From positions 21,105 through 85,104 of the forward strand of contig JAGBEI010000018.1 in assembly GCA_017937065.1 (NCBI GenBank): a stretch of 64,000 nt of DNA, read 5' to 3'. This document shows, one piece after another, positions 9,699-18,323 of this stretch (positions within the stretch are counted from its first letter, which is position 1; each line of letters starts with the position of its first letter). This DNA is from Clostridia bacterium (GTDB taxonomy: Bacteria; Bacillota; Clostridia; Oscillospirales; QAKW01). The notes beneath the pieces were generated by a model, which worked only from the letters and a program-made list of their open reading frames with translations, did no database searches and was not told the origin of the DNA. Both the position numbers and the translations under genes were made by a program.

Positions 9699-10040
9699 CA
9701 GCCAAAGCCTTGTGCAGAATAACAGCCAATCTCGTGTAAAATGACAGCCAAAGCCTTGCGCAAAATGACAGCCAAAACCTTGTGCAAAACGGCAGTCAGT
9801 CTCGTGTAAAATGACAGCCAAGTCTCGTGCAGAATAACAGTCAATCTCGTGTAAAATGACAGCCAAGTCTCGTGTAAAATGACAGCCAAGTCTCGTGCAG
9901 AATAACAGCCAATCTCGTGTAAAATGACAGCCAAGCCTTGTGCTAAACGGCAGTCAATCTCGTGCAAAATGACAGCCAAAGCCTCATGTAAAATAGCAGT
10001 CAATGCCTTGCGCAAAACGGCAGTCAATGCCTTGCGCCGA
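9692..10040. repeat. Degenerate tandem repeat array, 15 copies, period 22-24 nt (consensus about AAAATGACAGCCAAGYCTYGTGY)
   Basis: The core ACAG(C/T)CA or GCAGTCA recurs at 9698, 9722, 9744, 9768, 9792, 9814, 9837, 9859, 9882, 9905, 9927, 9950, 9972, 9996 and 10020. The array starts over the deacetylase stop codon and ends just before the ftsZ terminator. Confidence 0.9.
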
Positions 10041-10056
10041 GGCGCTTTTTTTGCAC

Positions 10057-10087
10057 ACAAAAAGCGCGCACTCAAGCAAGTGCGCGC
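10057..10087 (-). terminator. Rho-independent terminator downstream of ftsZ
   Basis: On the minus strand, GCGCGCAC-loop(8)-GUGCGCGC (10064-10087) is followed by UUUUU (10059-10063). Confidence 0.7.
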
Positions 10088-10099
10088 AAAAGAGCAATA

Positions 10100-11200
10100 T
10101 TAATCGTCGTAATCCGACTTATTTTTAAAGAAGCTGAGCAGCCCCAGGGATAAATCCTCGTCGTCACCGTCATCGGTATCCTGCGCGGCAGTCTCCTGCT
10201 CCGTTTTTTCCTCCGCCGCGGCGGGAGCAGCCGTGTTTTTATCGCCGTCAAAGCCCGTGGCAATAACGGTAACAATCATTTCATCCTCAAGGTCGTTGTT
10301 AAACGCCGCACCCCAGATAATGTTCGCGTCGGGATGAATGGACTCCGTTATCTTCTGCGCCGCGATATCAACCTCGTCAAGACCTATGTCGGGCGAGCCG
10401 GTAATATTGATTATGACGCCTGTGGCGCCGTCGATTGTCGTTTCAAGCAGCGGGCTGGATATTGCCATCTGTGCTGCCGCCTCCGCCTTGTCCTTGCCGG
10501 AGGCGCGGCCGACGCCCATATGCGCATTGCCCGCGTCCTTCATGATTTTATGTACGTCCGCAAAGTCAAGATTTACTATACCCGGAATGAGAATGAGGTC
10601 GGAAATACTCTGAACGCCCTGACGCAGAACGTCGTCGGCAATCTGGAATGCATTGAGCAGAGTTATTCTCTCGGCAGAGGCAAATTTCAGCTTTTCGTTG
10701 GGAATAACAATAAGGCTGTCCACATTCTGCCTGAGCTTTGCAATGCCCTCCTCCGCAACGCGCATCTTCTGCCTGCCCTCAAAGTTGAAGGGCTTTGTGA
10801 CAATGGCAACGGTCAGTATACCCAAATCCTTGGCAATCTGTGCAATAACGGGAGCAGAGCCTGTCCCCGTGCCGCCGCCCATGCCTGCCGCAATAAACAC
10901 CATATCGGTGCCGCGCAGAATCTCTTCAATTTCCTCGCGGCTCTCCATCGCGCTGTCCTCTCCGATTTTCGGGTCGGAGCCGGCGCCCTGACCCTTTGTC
11001 AGCTTGGCGCCTATCTGTATTTTTTTGTCAGCTCTTGATATATCGACAACGGGACGGTCGGTATTGACGGCGATAAATTCCACGCCCTTTGTCCCGTTTG
11101 CAATCATTCTGTTCACGGCGTTGCAGCCGCCGCCGCCCGTGCCGATGACTTTTATATTAACAACACCCTCGGTGCTCTCAGCAAGTTCAAATCCCGCCAT
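10100..11200 (-). CDS. ftsZ: Cell division protein FtsZ
   Basis: 366 aa. Tubulin signature GGGTGTG (FIAAGMGGGTGTGSAP), N-terminal VIGTGGGGCNAVNRM, and an acidic C-terminal tail. Confidence 0.98.
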   Translation of the reverse strand: MAGFELAESTEGVVNIKVIGTGGGGCNAVNRMIANGTKGVEFIAVNTDRPVVDISRADKKIQIGAKLTKGQGAGSDPKIGEDSAMESREEIEEILRGTDMVFIAAGMGGGTGTGSAPVIAQIAKDLGILTVAIVTKPFNFEGRQKMRVAEEGIAKLRQNVDSLIVIPNEKLKFASAERITLLNAFQIADDVLRQGVQSISDLILIPGIVNLDFADVHKIMKDAGNAHMGVGRASGKDKAEAAAQMAISSPLLETTIDGATGVIINITGSPDIGLDEVDIAAQKITESIHPDANIIWGAAFNNDLEDEMIVTVIATGFDGDKNTAAPAAAEEKTEQETAAQDTDDGDDEDLSLGLLSFFKNKSDYDD

Positions 11201-11239
11201 TTTTCCGTCTCCTTACATCCGTAATTAACTATTAATATT

Positions 11240-11268
11240 ATTTTATGTTATTTAATATAGATTTGCAA
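11240..11268 (-). promoter_or_regulatory. Putative sigma-A promoter immediately upstream of ftsZ (TTGCAA-17 nt-TAAAAT)
   Basis: On the minus strand, -35 is at 11263-11268 and -10 at 11240-11245, inside the AT-rich 99-nt ftsQ-ftsZ gap. A TAAGGAGA RBS follows. Confidence 0.45.
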
Positions 11269-11299
11269 GGACTTTTTTGAAAAAAACAATATTTTCTTC

Positions 11300-12169
11300 T
11301 CAGTTTACAGTTTCTTCATCATTTTCCGCCGGCTGTTCGTCATTTTCCTCTGTTTCTTTGCCACTTTCTTCCGTTTTTTCCTGCCCGTCCTGCGCGTCAA
11401 CAGAGCGGTAATACGCGCGCACACCGGAGGACACGTCTATTTCGGCGTGCTCCTTTGACTGATTATCGTCAATCACGTGGCGGACAAGCCTTAGCTTTTC
11501 GTCAATGCGGTCTATGCCACCAAGCATGACCTTTACTCTGCCCTCGTAGACAAAGCCGAGCTCGTAAATGCTTTCGGCTGTTATTTCACTGACGTTTTCC
11601 GTCCCGAAATTGGCTTTCATAGACTGCGTCAGACGCAAGACGGTCTTATCGCTGCCGTCCTCTGCCGCCAGCACCTCGCCCGGCTGCACGCTGTCCGGAG
11701 CAAAGCCCTTGATTTCGGGGATACCCTCCTGAGGCTGAGAGGTTATTTCAAGCACCTTGAGGTTTTCGTCCGTTATGTAATAGCTTCCGCCCGTATACAC
11801 GCATGCAAAGGGCTGCGATTCCGTCACCGCAATCTTTATTGCAGACGGCAGCTCACGGCGAATGCTCACCTCTAAGAGATAGGGCAGCTGTTTTTTCAGA
11901 TTTTCGATTATTTTAAACTTGTTCAGACGGAACATATTCTGCCCCGTCTGAAGCCCCGACGCCGCGATTATCTCCTCTGTGCCGTAGCGGGCATTGCCCT
12001 CCACCTCAAACTCGGTTATGTTGAAAAATACGGTCAGGGACAGCACGGTAATCACCACCACCATAAAAACGGTGAGCAGTGTGTAAAACATCAGCTTTCT
12101 GCGTTTTTTCCTGCGCTTCTTCTTTGAATAATAGCGTGAAACGGAAGTATTGTCCGATTGGTTTTCCAT
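11300..12169 (-). CDS. ftsQ: Cell division protein FtsQ/DivIB (POTRA domain)
   Basis: 289 aa. A basic N-terminus (KKKRRKKRRK) is followed by a single TM helix and a POTRA-like segment (ITEFEVEGNARYGTEEIIAASGLQTGQNMF). Its dcw position between murA and ftsZ fits. The C-terminal tail is acidic. Confidence 0.82.
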   Translation of the reverse strand: MENQSDNTSVSRYYSKKKRRKKRRKLMFYTLLTVFMVVVITVLSLTVFFNITEFEVEGNARYGTEEIIAASGLQTGQNMFRLNKFKIIENLKKQLPYLLEVSIRRELPSAIKIAVTESQPFACVYTGGSYYITDENLKVLEITSQPQEGIPEIKGFAPDSVQPGEVLAAEDGSDKTVLRLTQSMKANFGTENVSEITAESIYELGFVYEGRVKVMLGGIDRIDEKLRLVRHVIDDNQSKEHAEIDVSSGVRAYYRSVDAQDGQEKTEESGKETEENDEQPAENDEETVN

Positions 12170-12195
12170 GTTGTCATATCCTTTCGTTTTTCAGC

Positions 12196-13455
12196 TCAGT
12201 CCTTCAGCTTTACTATATTTCCTCCCAGACCTCTCAGCTTGGTTTCAAAATTATTGTAGCCGCGCTCTATATGCGATATGTTTTTGATAACGCTCTCGCC
12301 GCGTGCGGACATCGCCGCAATGACAAGCGCCGCGCCCGAGCGCAGATCCCCCGCGAAAACACGCGCGCCGTAAAGCCGCTCGGTACCGTGGACATAAGCC
12401 GTCCTGCCCGACACGGTGATATCCGCGCCCATCTTTATAAACTCGTAGCTGACCCGCAGCCTGTCGTCAAACACGCCCTCATGTATCTCGGTGGTACCCG
12501 CCGCGCACAGCAGCATCGCCATGATAAGAGACTGCGCGTCGGTCGGAAAGCCGGGATAGGGCGACGTCTCGACCTTTCCGGGCGACAGAATGAACTGTCC
12601 GCCGCGGGAGGCTGTAATGCTGTCGTGCTTGCGGCATACCGAGCCGCCCGAATTGACTATGAGGTCGGTGACCGCCGTAAGATGGGAGGGGCACACGCCC
12701 GACACCGTTATCTCACCGTCGGTCGCTATCGCCGCGGCAAGATAGGTCGCCGCCTCTATGCGGTCCCCGATGATATTATAATCCACGCCGTGCAGTTTTT
12801 CAACACCCTCGATGATTATAATTCCGCTGCCCGCGCCCCGGATATTGCCGCCCATAGCGTTTATGAAGTTCTGCAAATCCTCTATTTCGGGCTCGCGCGC
12901 GGCATTGGTTACCGTTACGGTGCCGCTGCCGCGGCAGGCGGCAAGCATGATATTCTCGGTGGCGCCCACGCTGGGATAGCGCAAAAATATGTCCGCTCCG
13001 TGCGGACAGCCCGAGCATTTAACCTCCATGCCCGTATCGGACACCGAAAGCCCCATTTTCGCAAATGCCGAAAGGTGCAGGTCGATAGGTCTGCTGCCCA
13101 GCTCGCACCCGCCCGGACGGCACTGCTCCGCCTGATGAAACCTGCCTGCGGCAGCGCCCAGAAACAGCGCTGCCGAGCGCATTTTCCCCACCAGGTCGCA
13201 GGGTATGCCGCAAAAGCGGGCATTTTCGGAATTTACGCGGATTTGTCCGTCGGCAAAAGACGTTTCACAGCCGAAAAGGTTCAGAATTTCAAGTGTATAT
13301 TGGACATCTGTTATCCGCGGACAGTTAGAGAGCGTTATAATGCCCCCGTCGCACAGCAGACAGGCGCACAGTATCGGCAAAACCGAGTTCTTGGCGCCGT
13401 CCACCCTGACGTGCCCGACAAGCGGCCGTCCGCCGCTTATTATGTATTCAGACAT
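12196..13455 (-). CDS. murA: UDP-N-acetylglucosamine 1-carboxyvinyltransferase
   Basis: MSEYIISGGRPLVGHVRVDGAKNSVLPIL is a typical MurA N-terminus. The ATG at 13455 follows GGGAGG by 6 nt. The track ORF start at 13488 has no RBS. Confidence 0.93.
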   Translation of the reverse strand: MSEYIISGGRPLVGHVRVDGAKNSVLPILCACLLCDGGIITLSNCPRITDVQYTLEILNLFGCETSFADGQIRVNSENARFCGIPCDLVGKMRSAALFLGAAAGRFHQAEQCRPGGCELGSRPIDLHLSAFAKMGLSVSDTGMEVKCSGCPHGADIFLRYPSVGATENIMLAACRGSGTVTVTNAAREPEIEDLQNFINAMGGNIRGAGSGIIIIEGVEKLHGVDYNIIGDRIEAATYLAAAIATDGEITVSGVCPSHLTAVTDLIVNSGGSVCRKHDSITASRGGQFILSPGKVETSPYPGFPTDAQSLIMAMLLCAAGTTEIHEGVFDDRLRVSYEFIKMGADITVSGRTAYVHGTERLYGARVFAGDLRSGAALVIAAMSARGESVIKNISHIERGYNNFETKLRGLGGNIVKLKD

Positions 13456-13509
13456 AAGAAACCTCCCGATAAGATTACAGTTCATCATATGTCTTAACGG
13501 GAGGTCGGG

Positions 13510-14622
13510 TTACTTTTTCATAAGGTCGTACATACCGCGGTAAATAACCTCTGCCGCGCGAAGCTGCGCCATTTTGCGCGCATTGTCGCCCAGGCGCTTT
13601 GCAAGCGCGGGGTCGTTTTTAATGCTCAGCGCCATGGAATACAGCTTGTCGGGCGTCGCGTCCTTTTCCTCCAATATAAGCGCCGCGCCCTGACTTACAA
13701 GCGACATTGCATTGTGATACTGATGATTGTGCGTGACATTGGGCGACGGAATCAGTATGGACGGCTTGCCCTGCGCCATGATTTCGCCGAGCGTTATGGC
13801 GCCCGCGCGGGAAATCACAAGGTCGCACGCGGCAAGCCGCAGCGGCATGTCATAGATATATTCCTCAACGAAAATTTCCGATTTGTCACGAATATCCACA
13901 CCGCGCTTTTTAAGCTCGTCAGGCATCCATTTATACCCGAACGAGCCTGTGGCGTGAGTATGTAGAAAATCGTGATTTTTTTTATTTTCGGCTATAAAAT
14001 CCAAAAACAGCTTATTTATTTCCCTTGCGCCCAGCGAGCCGGCAAACGAGAGAAGGTAAAATGCGTCCTGCGGAATTTTCAGCTTTTCACGCGCGCTTTT
14101 TTTATCGCAGAACAAGAACGCCTCGTCCAGCGGATTGCCCGAAAGCACGATGTTTTTTGACTTTTCAAAGTATTTGCGCGAGCTCTCAAAGCTGATAAAA
14201 ACGCAGTCGGCAAAGCGGGACAGAAACCTGCTTGTAACTCCGGGATAGGCGTTTTGCTCGTGGATACAGGTCTTAACGCCCAAAAGATGCGCCGCATACA
14301 CCGCGGGAGCGCTGACATATCCGCCCGTTCCCACCACCATATCCGCCTTGAAGCTGCGGATTATTTTTTTGCAGTCCGAAACGGATTTCAAAAACATTTG
14401 CAGAGTTTTTATATTTTTCGGACTGAACGAGCGGCGCAGCCCCTCCACCTTGATAAATTCAATGTCAAAGCCCGAATTTTTAACAAGCTTTTCCTCAAGC
14501 GAGTCACGGTTGCCGATAAACAGGATACGGCTTGACGGATTTTTTGCCCGCACGGTCTTGGCGACTGTCAGAGCGGGATTTATATGCCCTGCGGTGCCGC
14601 CGCCTGCCAAGATTATATTCAT
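13510..14622 (-). CDS. murG: Undecaprenyldiphospho-muramoylpentapeptide beta-N-acetylglucosaminyltransferase
   Basis: 370 aa with the MurG motifs MNIILAGGGTAGHINPAL, GTGGYVS and ISRAGA..GE. Confidence 0.95.
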   Translation of the reverse strand: MNIILAGGGTAGHINPALTVAKTVRAKNPSSRILFIGNRDSLEEKLVKNSGFDIEFIKVEGLRRSFSPKNIKTLQMFLKSVSDCKKIIRSFKADMVVGTGGYVSAPAVYAAHLLGVKTCIHEQNAYPGVTSRFLSRFADCVFISFESSRKYFEKSKNIVLSGNPLDEAFLFCDKKSAREKLKIPQDAFYLLSFAGSLGAREINKLFLDFIAENKKNHDFLHTHATGSFGYKWMPDELKKRGVDIRDKSEIFVEEYIYDMPLRLAACDLVISRAGAITLGEIMAQGKPSILIPSPNVTHNHQYHNAMSLVSQGAALILEEKDATPDKLYSMALSIKNDPALAKRLGDNARKMAQLRAAEVIYRGMYDLMKK

Positions 14623-14630
14623 ACCATCAC

Positions 14631-15953
14631 CTACGATTTATCAATATAGCTGAAGCGCGAAACGGAGAGCACGACGCCCATCTCGAACAGCAGCAGCATG
14701 AGCGACGTGCCGCCGTAGCTGAAAAACGGAAGCGTGATGCCGGTTGAGGGCAGTGCGTTTGTAACAACCGCGATATTGAGAATCGTCTGCACCGCGACAC
14801 GCCCTATTATGCCGACAACTATCAGCGAGCCGAACTTATCCCGCGCGTTGAGCGCGATATAAAAACCGCGCCATATAAGCATGACAAACAGTAATATTAA
14901 AAGCAGCGCGCCGACAAAGCCGAGCTCCTCGGCAACAATGGAAAATATATAGTCGTTTTGAGATTCGGGCAGATACAAGTGCTTTTGGCGGGACTGCCCC
15001 AGTCCCAGCCCCATCAGCCCGCCCGAACCGATAGCGTAAAGCGACTGAACAATCTGGTATCCCGCATCACCCGTATCGGAAAACGGGTCGAGCCAGATTT
15101 TTATACGCCCCGTCATATAGTCGGTGAACAGTATAAGCACCGTAAAGCCTGCGCCCGCCGCGCCCAGCGCCATAGCGAAATAGCGCAGCTGAACGCCGCC
15201 GACAAACATCATGATAGCGCCGACCGCCATTATAACGATAGCGCCCGAAAGGTGAGTCTCGATAGCGACAAGGAAAACGACGGTGCCCAGCATGATAAGC
15301 AGCGGCAGTACGCCTACCTTGAATTTATTCATGTTTTTATAGTTTGCGGAGATATAGGAGGCAAAGCTTATGACTATTGCGAACTTTCCTATCTCGGAGG
15401 GCTGGAAGCGCACGCCGAAATCAAGCCAGCGGCGCGCGTCGCCTACCGCCTTGCCGATGCCCGGAATCAAAACGAGAATGAGCAAAACGACCGAGACGCA
15501 CAGAAGCGGGAAGGCATATTTGCGCAGGCGGTGATAGTCGAAAAACGCCACGCCGAACATGACGGCTATTCCCGCAACGGCAAAAAGCAGCTGCTTTTTG
15601 ATATAGAAATAGCTGTCGCCCTCCTCGTAATAGCCGTAAACATAGCTTGCCGAGGCAACCATTATAAGCCCGAAGGCGGTGAGCACCAGCACCAGTATCA
15701 AAAACGGAATGTCTATTCTGCCGATGCTGCCCGACCTTGCGCCGCCCCTTGCGCCTTTGCGGCGCACACCTTCAGGCGGCGTCAGTGCGCCAAAGCGTCT
15801 GTCTGCAGCAGCACCCGCGCCGTTTGCGGCGGACGCGCCAAAGCGCCTGTCTGCGGCAGCACCCGCGCCGTTTGCGGCGGACGCGCCGGAAAAGCTGCGC
15901 CCGCGCGGCAGCTGTGCCCTTTCACTTGATTTTTTACGTTTAATTCCTGCCAT
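14631..15953 (-). CDS. ftsW: FtsW/SpoVE (SEDS family) peptidoglycan glycosyltransferase with an N-terminal Ala/Gly/Arg-rich extension
   Basis: 440 aa, polytopic, with the SEDS motifs PSEIGKF, LPESQNDYIFS and LPFFSYGGTS. The first 85 aa or so are low complexity and contain a 16-aa tandem duplication. Confidence 0.9.
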   Translation of the reverse strand: MAGIKRKKSSERAQLPRGRSFSGASAANGAGAAADRRFGASAANGAGAAADRRFGALTPPEGVRRKGARGGARSGSIGRIDIPFLILVLVLTAFGLIMVASASYVYGYYEEGDSYFYIKKQLLFAVAGIAVMFGVAFFDYHRLRKYAFPLLCVSVVLLILVLIPGIGKAVGDARRWLDFGVRFQPSEIGKFAIVISFASYISANYKNMNKFKVGVLPLLIMLGTVVFLVAIETHLSGAIVIMAVGAIMMFVGGVQLRYFAMALGAAGAGFTVLILFTDYMTGRIKIWLDPFSDTGDAGYQIVQSLYAIGSGGLMGLGLGQSRQKHLYLPESQNDYIFSIVAEELGFVGALLLILLFVMLIWRGFYIALNARDKFGSLIVVGIIGRVAVQTILNIAVVTNALPSTGITLPFFSYGGTSLMLLLFEMGVVLSVSRFSYIDKS

Positions 15954-15981
15954 ACTACCTCAAGTCAATTCGGATACTCGG

Positions 15982-16992
15982 TTAAATGAAATACAAAGCC
16001 TGATAAATAATTCCCCACAGCGCGGCGATACAGGCAAGCGCCGAAACCGCCGTAAACACGGCGACAATCGTTACCTCTTTCCAGCCGCACATCTCAAAAT
16101 GATGATGAATGGGAGTCATCTTGAAAATCCGCTTGCCGTGGGTCAGCTTGAAATAAGTCACCTGAAGCACGACAGACAATCCCTCTATCAAATATACTAT
16201 GCCGCCGACCAGTATAAAATACGGCATATCGTAGGACATTGCAAGAGCTGCGACAAGTCCGCCTAAAAACAGCGAGCCCGTGTCGCCCATAAAGACCTTT
16301 GCGGGGTGAAAATTATAAATCAGAAACGCGAACAGTCCGCCGACGGTGCTTGCCGCAAGCACCGCAAGACCCTCGTTGCCCTTGCCCGCCGCATTGAACA
16401 CAAGCGCGACAAATATAAACGCCGCGGCATAGGGCAGCGTCACGCTTGCCGCAAGTCCGTCCAGCCCGTCGGTCAGGTTGACCGAATTTACAAAAAAGAA
16501 CAAAAACGGAATAATCAGAATAAAATAAAAATACGAAAGGTGCAGGCTGACATTGAAAAACGGAATATACACATCGGTTGTGACATAGCCCGAAAAGTAC
16601 ATTGCCGCCACATAAAGCGTTATGGCGCCCGCAAGCATTATCGTCTTCTGACGGACGTTGAGACCCTTGTTTTGCTTGTGGGTAAACTTTGTAAAGTCGT
16701 CAATAAAGCCGATTGCACCGCAAATCAGTATAAAAAGCATCGCGTAGAGCAGGCGGTAGTCACCCGAAAAAAGGCTGCGCGCCCCCAAAATAAGCGTAAC
16801 CGCGCAAATCGGAATTATAAAGATAATTCCGCCGGCAGACGGCGTGCCCTGCTTTGACTTGTGCCACGACGGACCTATTTCCAAAATACTCTGCCCGAAT
16901 TTCAGGCGGCGAAGCCACGGAAGCACCAAAGGACCTATCACCGCGCCGAGCAGAAAGGTCAGCAGCATTGACATTATTATAACAGTATTCAT
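15982..16992 (-). CDS. mraY: Phospho-N-acetylmuramoyl-pentapeptide transferase
   Basis: 336 aa, polytopic, with NLTDGLDGLA, MGDTGSLFLGG and PIHHHFE. Confidence 0.96.
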   Translation of the reverse strand: MNTVIIMSMLLTFLLGAVIGPLVLPWLRRLKFGQSILEIGPSWHKSKQGTPSAGGIIFIIPICAVTLILGARSLFSGDYRLLYAMLFILICGAIGFIDDFTKFTHKQNKGLNVRQKTIMLAGAITLYVAAMYFSGYVTTDVYIPFFNVSLHLSYFYFILIIPFLFFFVNSVNLTDGLDGLAASVTLPYAAAFIFVALVFNAAGKGNEGLAVLAASTVGGLFAFLIYNFHPAKVFMGDTGSLFLGGLVAALAMSYDMPYFILVGGIVYLIEGLSVVLQVTYFKLTHGKRIFKMTPIHHHFEMCGWKEVTIVAVFTAVSALACIAALWGIIYQALYFI

Positions 16993-18323
16993 TTAGCCCA
17001 CTCCCCTCTGAAGTCGTTTAAAAGACCCGCCACGTTCATGCTCTGCGAGCCCTTGAACAGTATATTGTCGCCCGTTTTTACGTTTTGCATCAGAATTTTC
17101 AGCGCCTGCGCGTTATCGGCACAGTGAAAGCGGGGAACGCCGTCAAGGGCGTCATAAAGATGCCGCATTTGACTGCCGATGCAGATTACAAGCCCCACCC
17201 TCAGACTGCGGATATCGTCCGCAAGCGAGCTGTGCGCCGCCTTTGAATACTCTCCCAGCTCCAGCATATCGGCAAGCACCAGCACCTTTCTGCCGTCATA
17301 GCCGCGCATGACCTCCATTGCCGCCCTCACGGACGCGGGCGAGGCGTTATACGTGTCGTCAAAAATGCGCAGACCGCGGAACAGATAAATATTCTGACGC
17401 TGACCGTCCCCCTCAAAGGACTCAATGCCGCGTATCAGCTTTTCGGCATCGCATCCGAGTGCGAAGCCCACGGCGGCAGCAGCCAGCGCGTTATAAATAT
17501 TGTGCCTGCCCGCAACGCTCAGCGTCACGCGGTGTTTTTTCCCCAAAACAAGCATGTCAAAGCTATTATCGACAATATTCAGGGCGCGTATATCACAGTT
17601 TTCGTTTTCAATGCCGAAACGCAGGATTTTTTTTTCCGTCTTTAAGGCTTGCAGCATATCGTCGTCGCCGTTCAAAACGGCGGTGCCGCCGTCGGGCAGC
17701 GCGTCGATTATCTCGCTTTTTGCCTTCAGGATATTCTCCCGCGAGCCCAAAAGCTCTATATGCGATATTCCGATGTTGGTGATAACGGCAATATCGGGGC
17801 GGGCTATCGAGCACAGATATTCGATTTCATGGAAGCCGCGCATACCCATTTCGAGAATAACCGCATCGTCGGACGCCTCTGCGCCAAGGGCGCTGAGCGG
17901 CAGACCCAGCTCGTTGTTGCGGTTGCCCTTTGAAAAATGCACGCTCATACATTCGTTAAGCGCGGCGGCGATAAAGTTTTTTGTCGTCGTCTTGCCCACG
18001 CTGCCCGTCACCGCCACTATTTTTGCGGGAATACTTTCAAGGTGCAGTGCCGCGACATCGCCGACTGCACGGATAACGTCGCCGACAATTATATACGGGC
18101 GGCGCACGTTTTCGGGCGCCCTGTCCGTAAGATACGCAATGTTGTCCGTACTGTCAAGGTCTTTTATAAAATCAAAGCCGTCGGCGCGCGCGCCCTTGAT
18201 TGCGGCGAAAATACATCCGCTTTTAACATTGCGCGAATCGGTTTCAAGACCGTGCACGGTCATGTCCGCGCCGTGCAGCGTGCCGCCGGTACGCCCGGCA
18301 ATTTGTTTCAAAGTCAGTTTCAT
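16989..18323 (-). CDS. murF: UDP-N-acetylmuramoyl-tripeptide--D-alanyl-D-alanine ligase
   Basis: 444 aa. Mur ligase P-loop VTGSVGKTTTK; DDTYNASP is typical of MurF. There is a 4-nt overlap with mraY. Confidence 0.93.
   Translation of the reverse strand: MKLTLKQIAGRTGGTLHGADMTVHGLETDSRNVKSGCIFAAIKGARADGFDFIKDLDSTDNIAYLTDRAPENVRRPYIIVGDVIRAVGDVAALHLESIPAKIVAVTGSVGKTTTKNFIAAALNECMSVHFSKGNRNNELGLPLSALGAEASDDAVILEMGMRGFHEIEYLCSIARPDIAVITNIGISHIELLGSRENILKAKSEIIDALPDGGTAVLNGDDDMLQALKTEKKILRFGIENENCDIRALNIVDNSFDMLVLGKKHRVTLSVAGRHNIYNALAAAAVGFALGCDAEKLIRGIESFEGDGQRQNIYLFRGLRIFDDTYNASPASVRAAMEVMRGYDGRKVLVLADMLELGEYSKAAHSSLADDIRSLRVGLVICIGSQMRHLYDALDGVPRFHCADNAQALKILMQNVKTGDNILFKGSQSMNVAGLLNDFRGEWAK

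Noticed and set aside
9692-10040. Possible CRISPR array
   Set aside because: The repeats are directly adjacent, with no unique spacers, and they are degenerate. There are no cas genes and no leader.
9683-10075. 130-aa minus-strand ORF with a repetitive ILHE-type sequence
   Set aside because: It is the translation of the 22-24 nt tandem repeat array. The unit length is not a multiple of three and varies between copies, there is no RBS, and the ORF overlaps the deacetylase stop and the ftsZ terminator.
12079-13497. 472-aa plus-strand ORF
   Set aside because: It is antisense to murA. Its Arg/Ala-rich composition is typical of the reverse frame of GC-rich coding DNA, whereas the murA frame carries clear family motifs.
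14958-15929. 323-aa plus-strand ORF
   Set aside because: It is an antisense shadow of ftsW.
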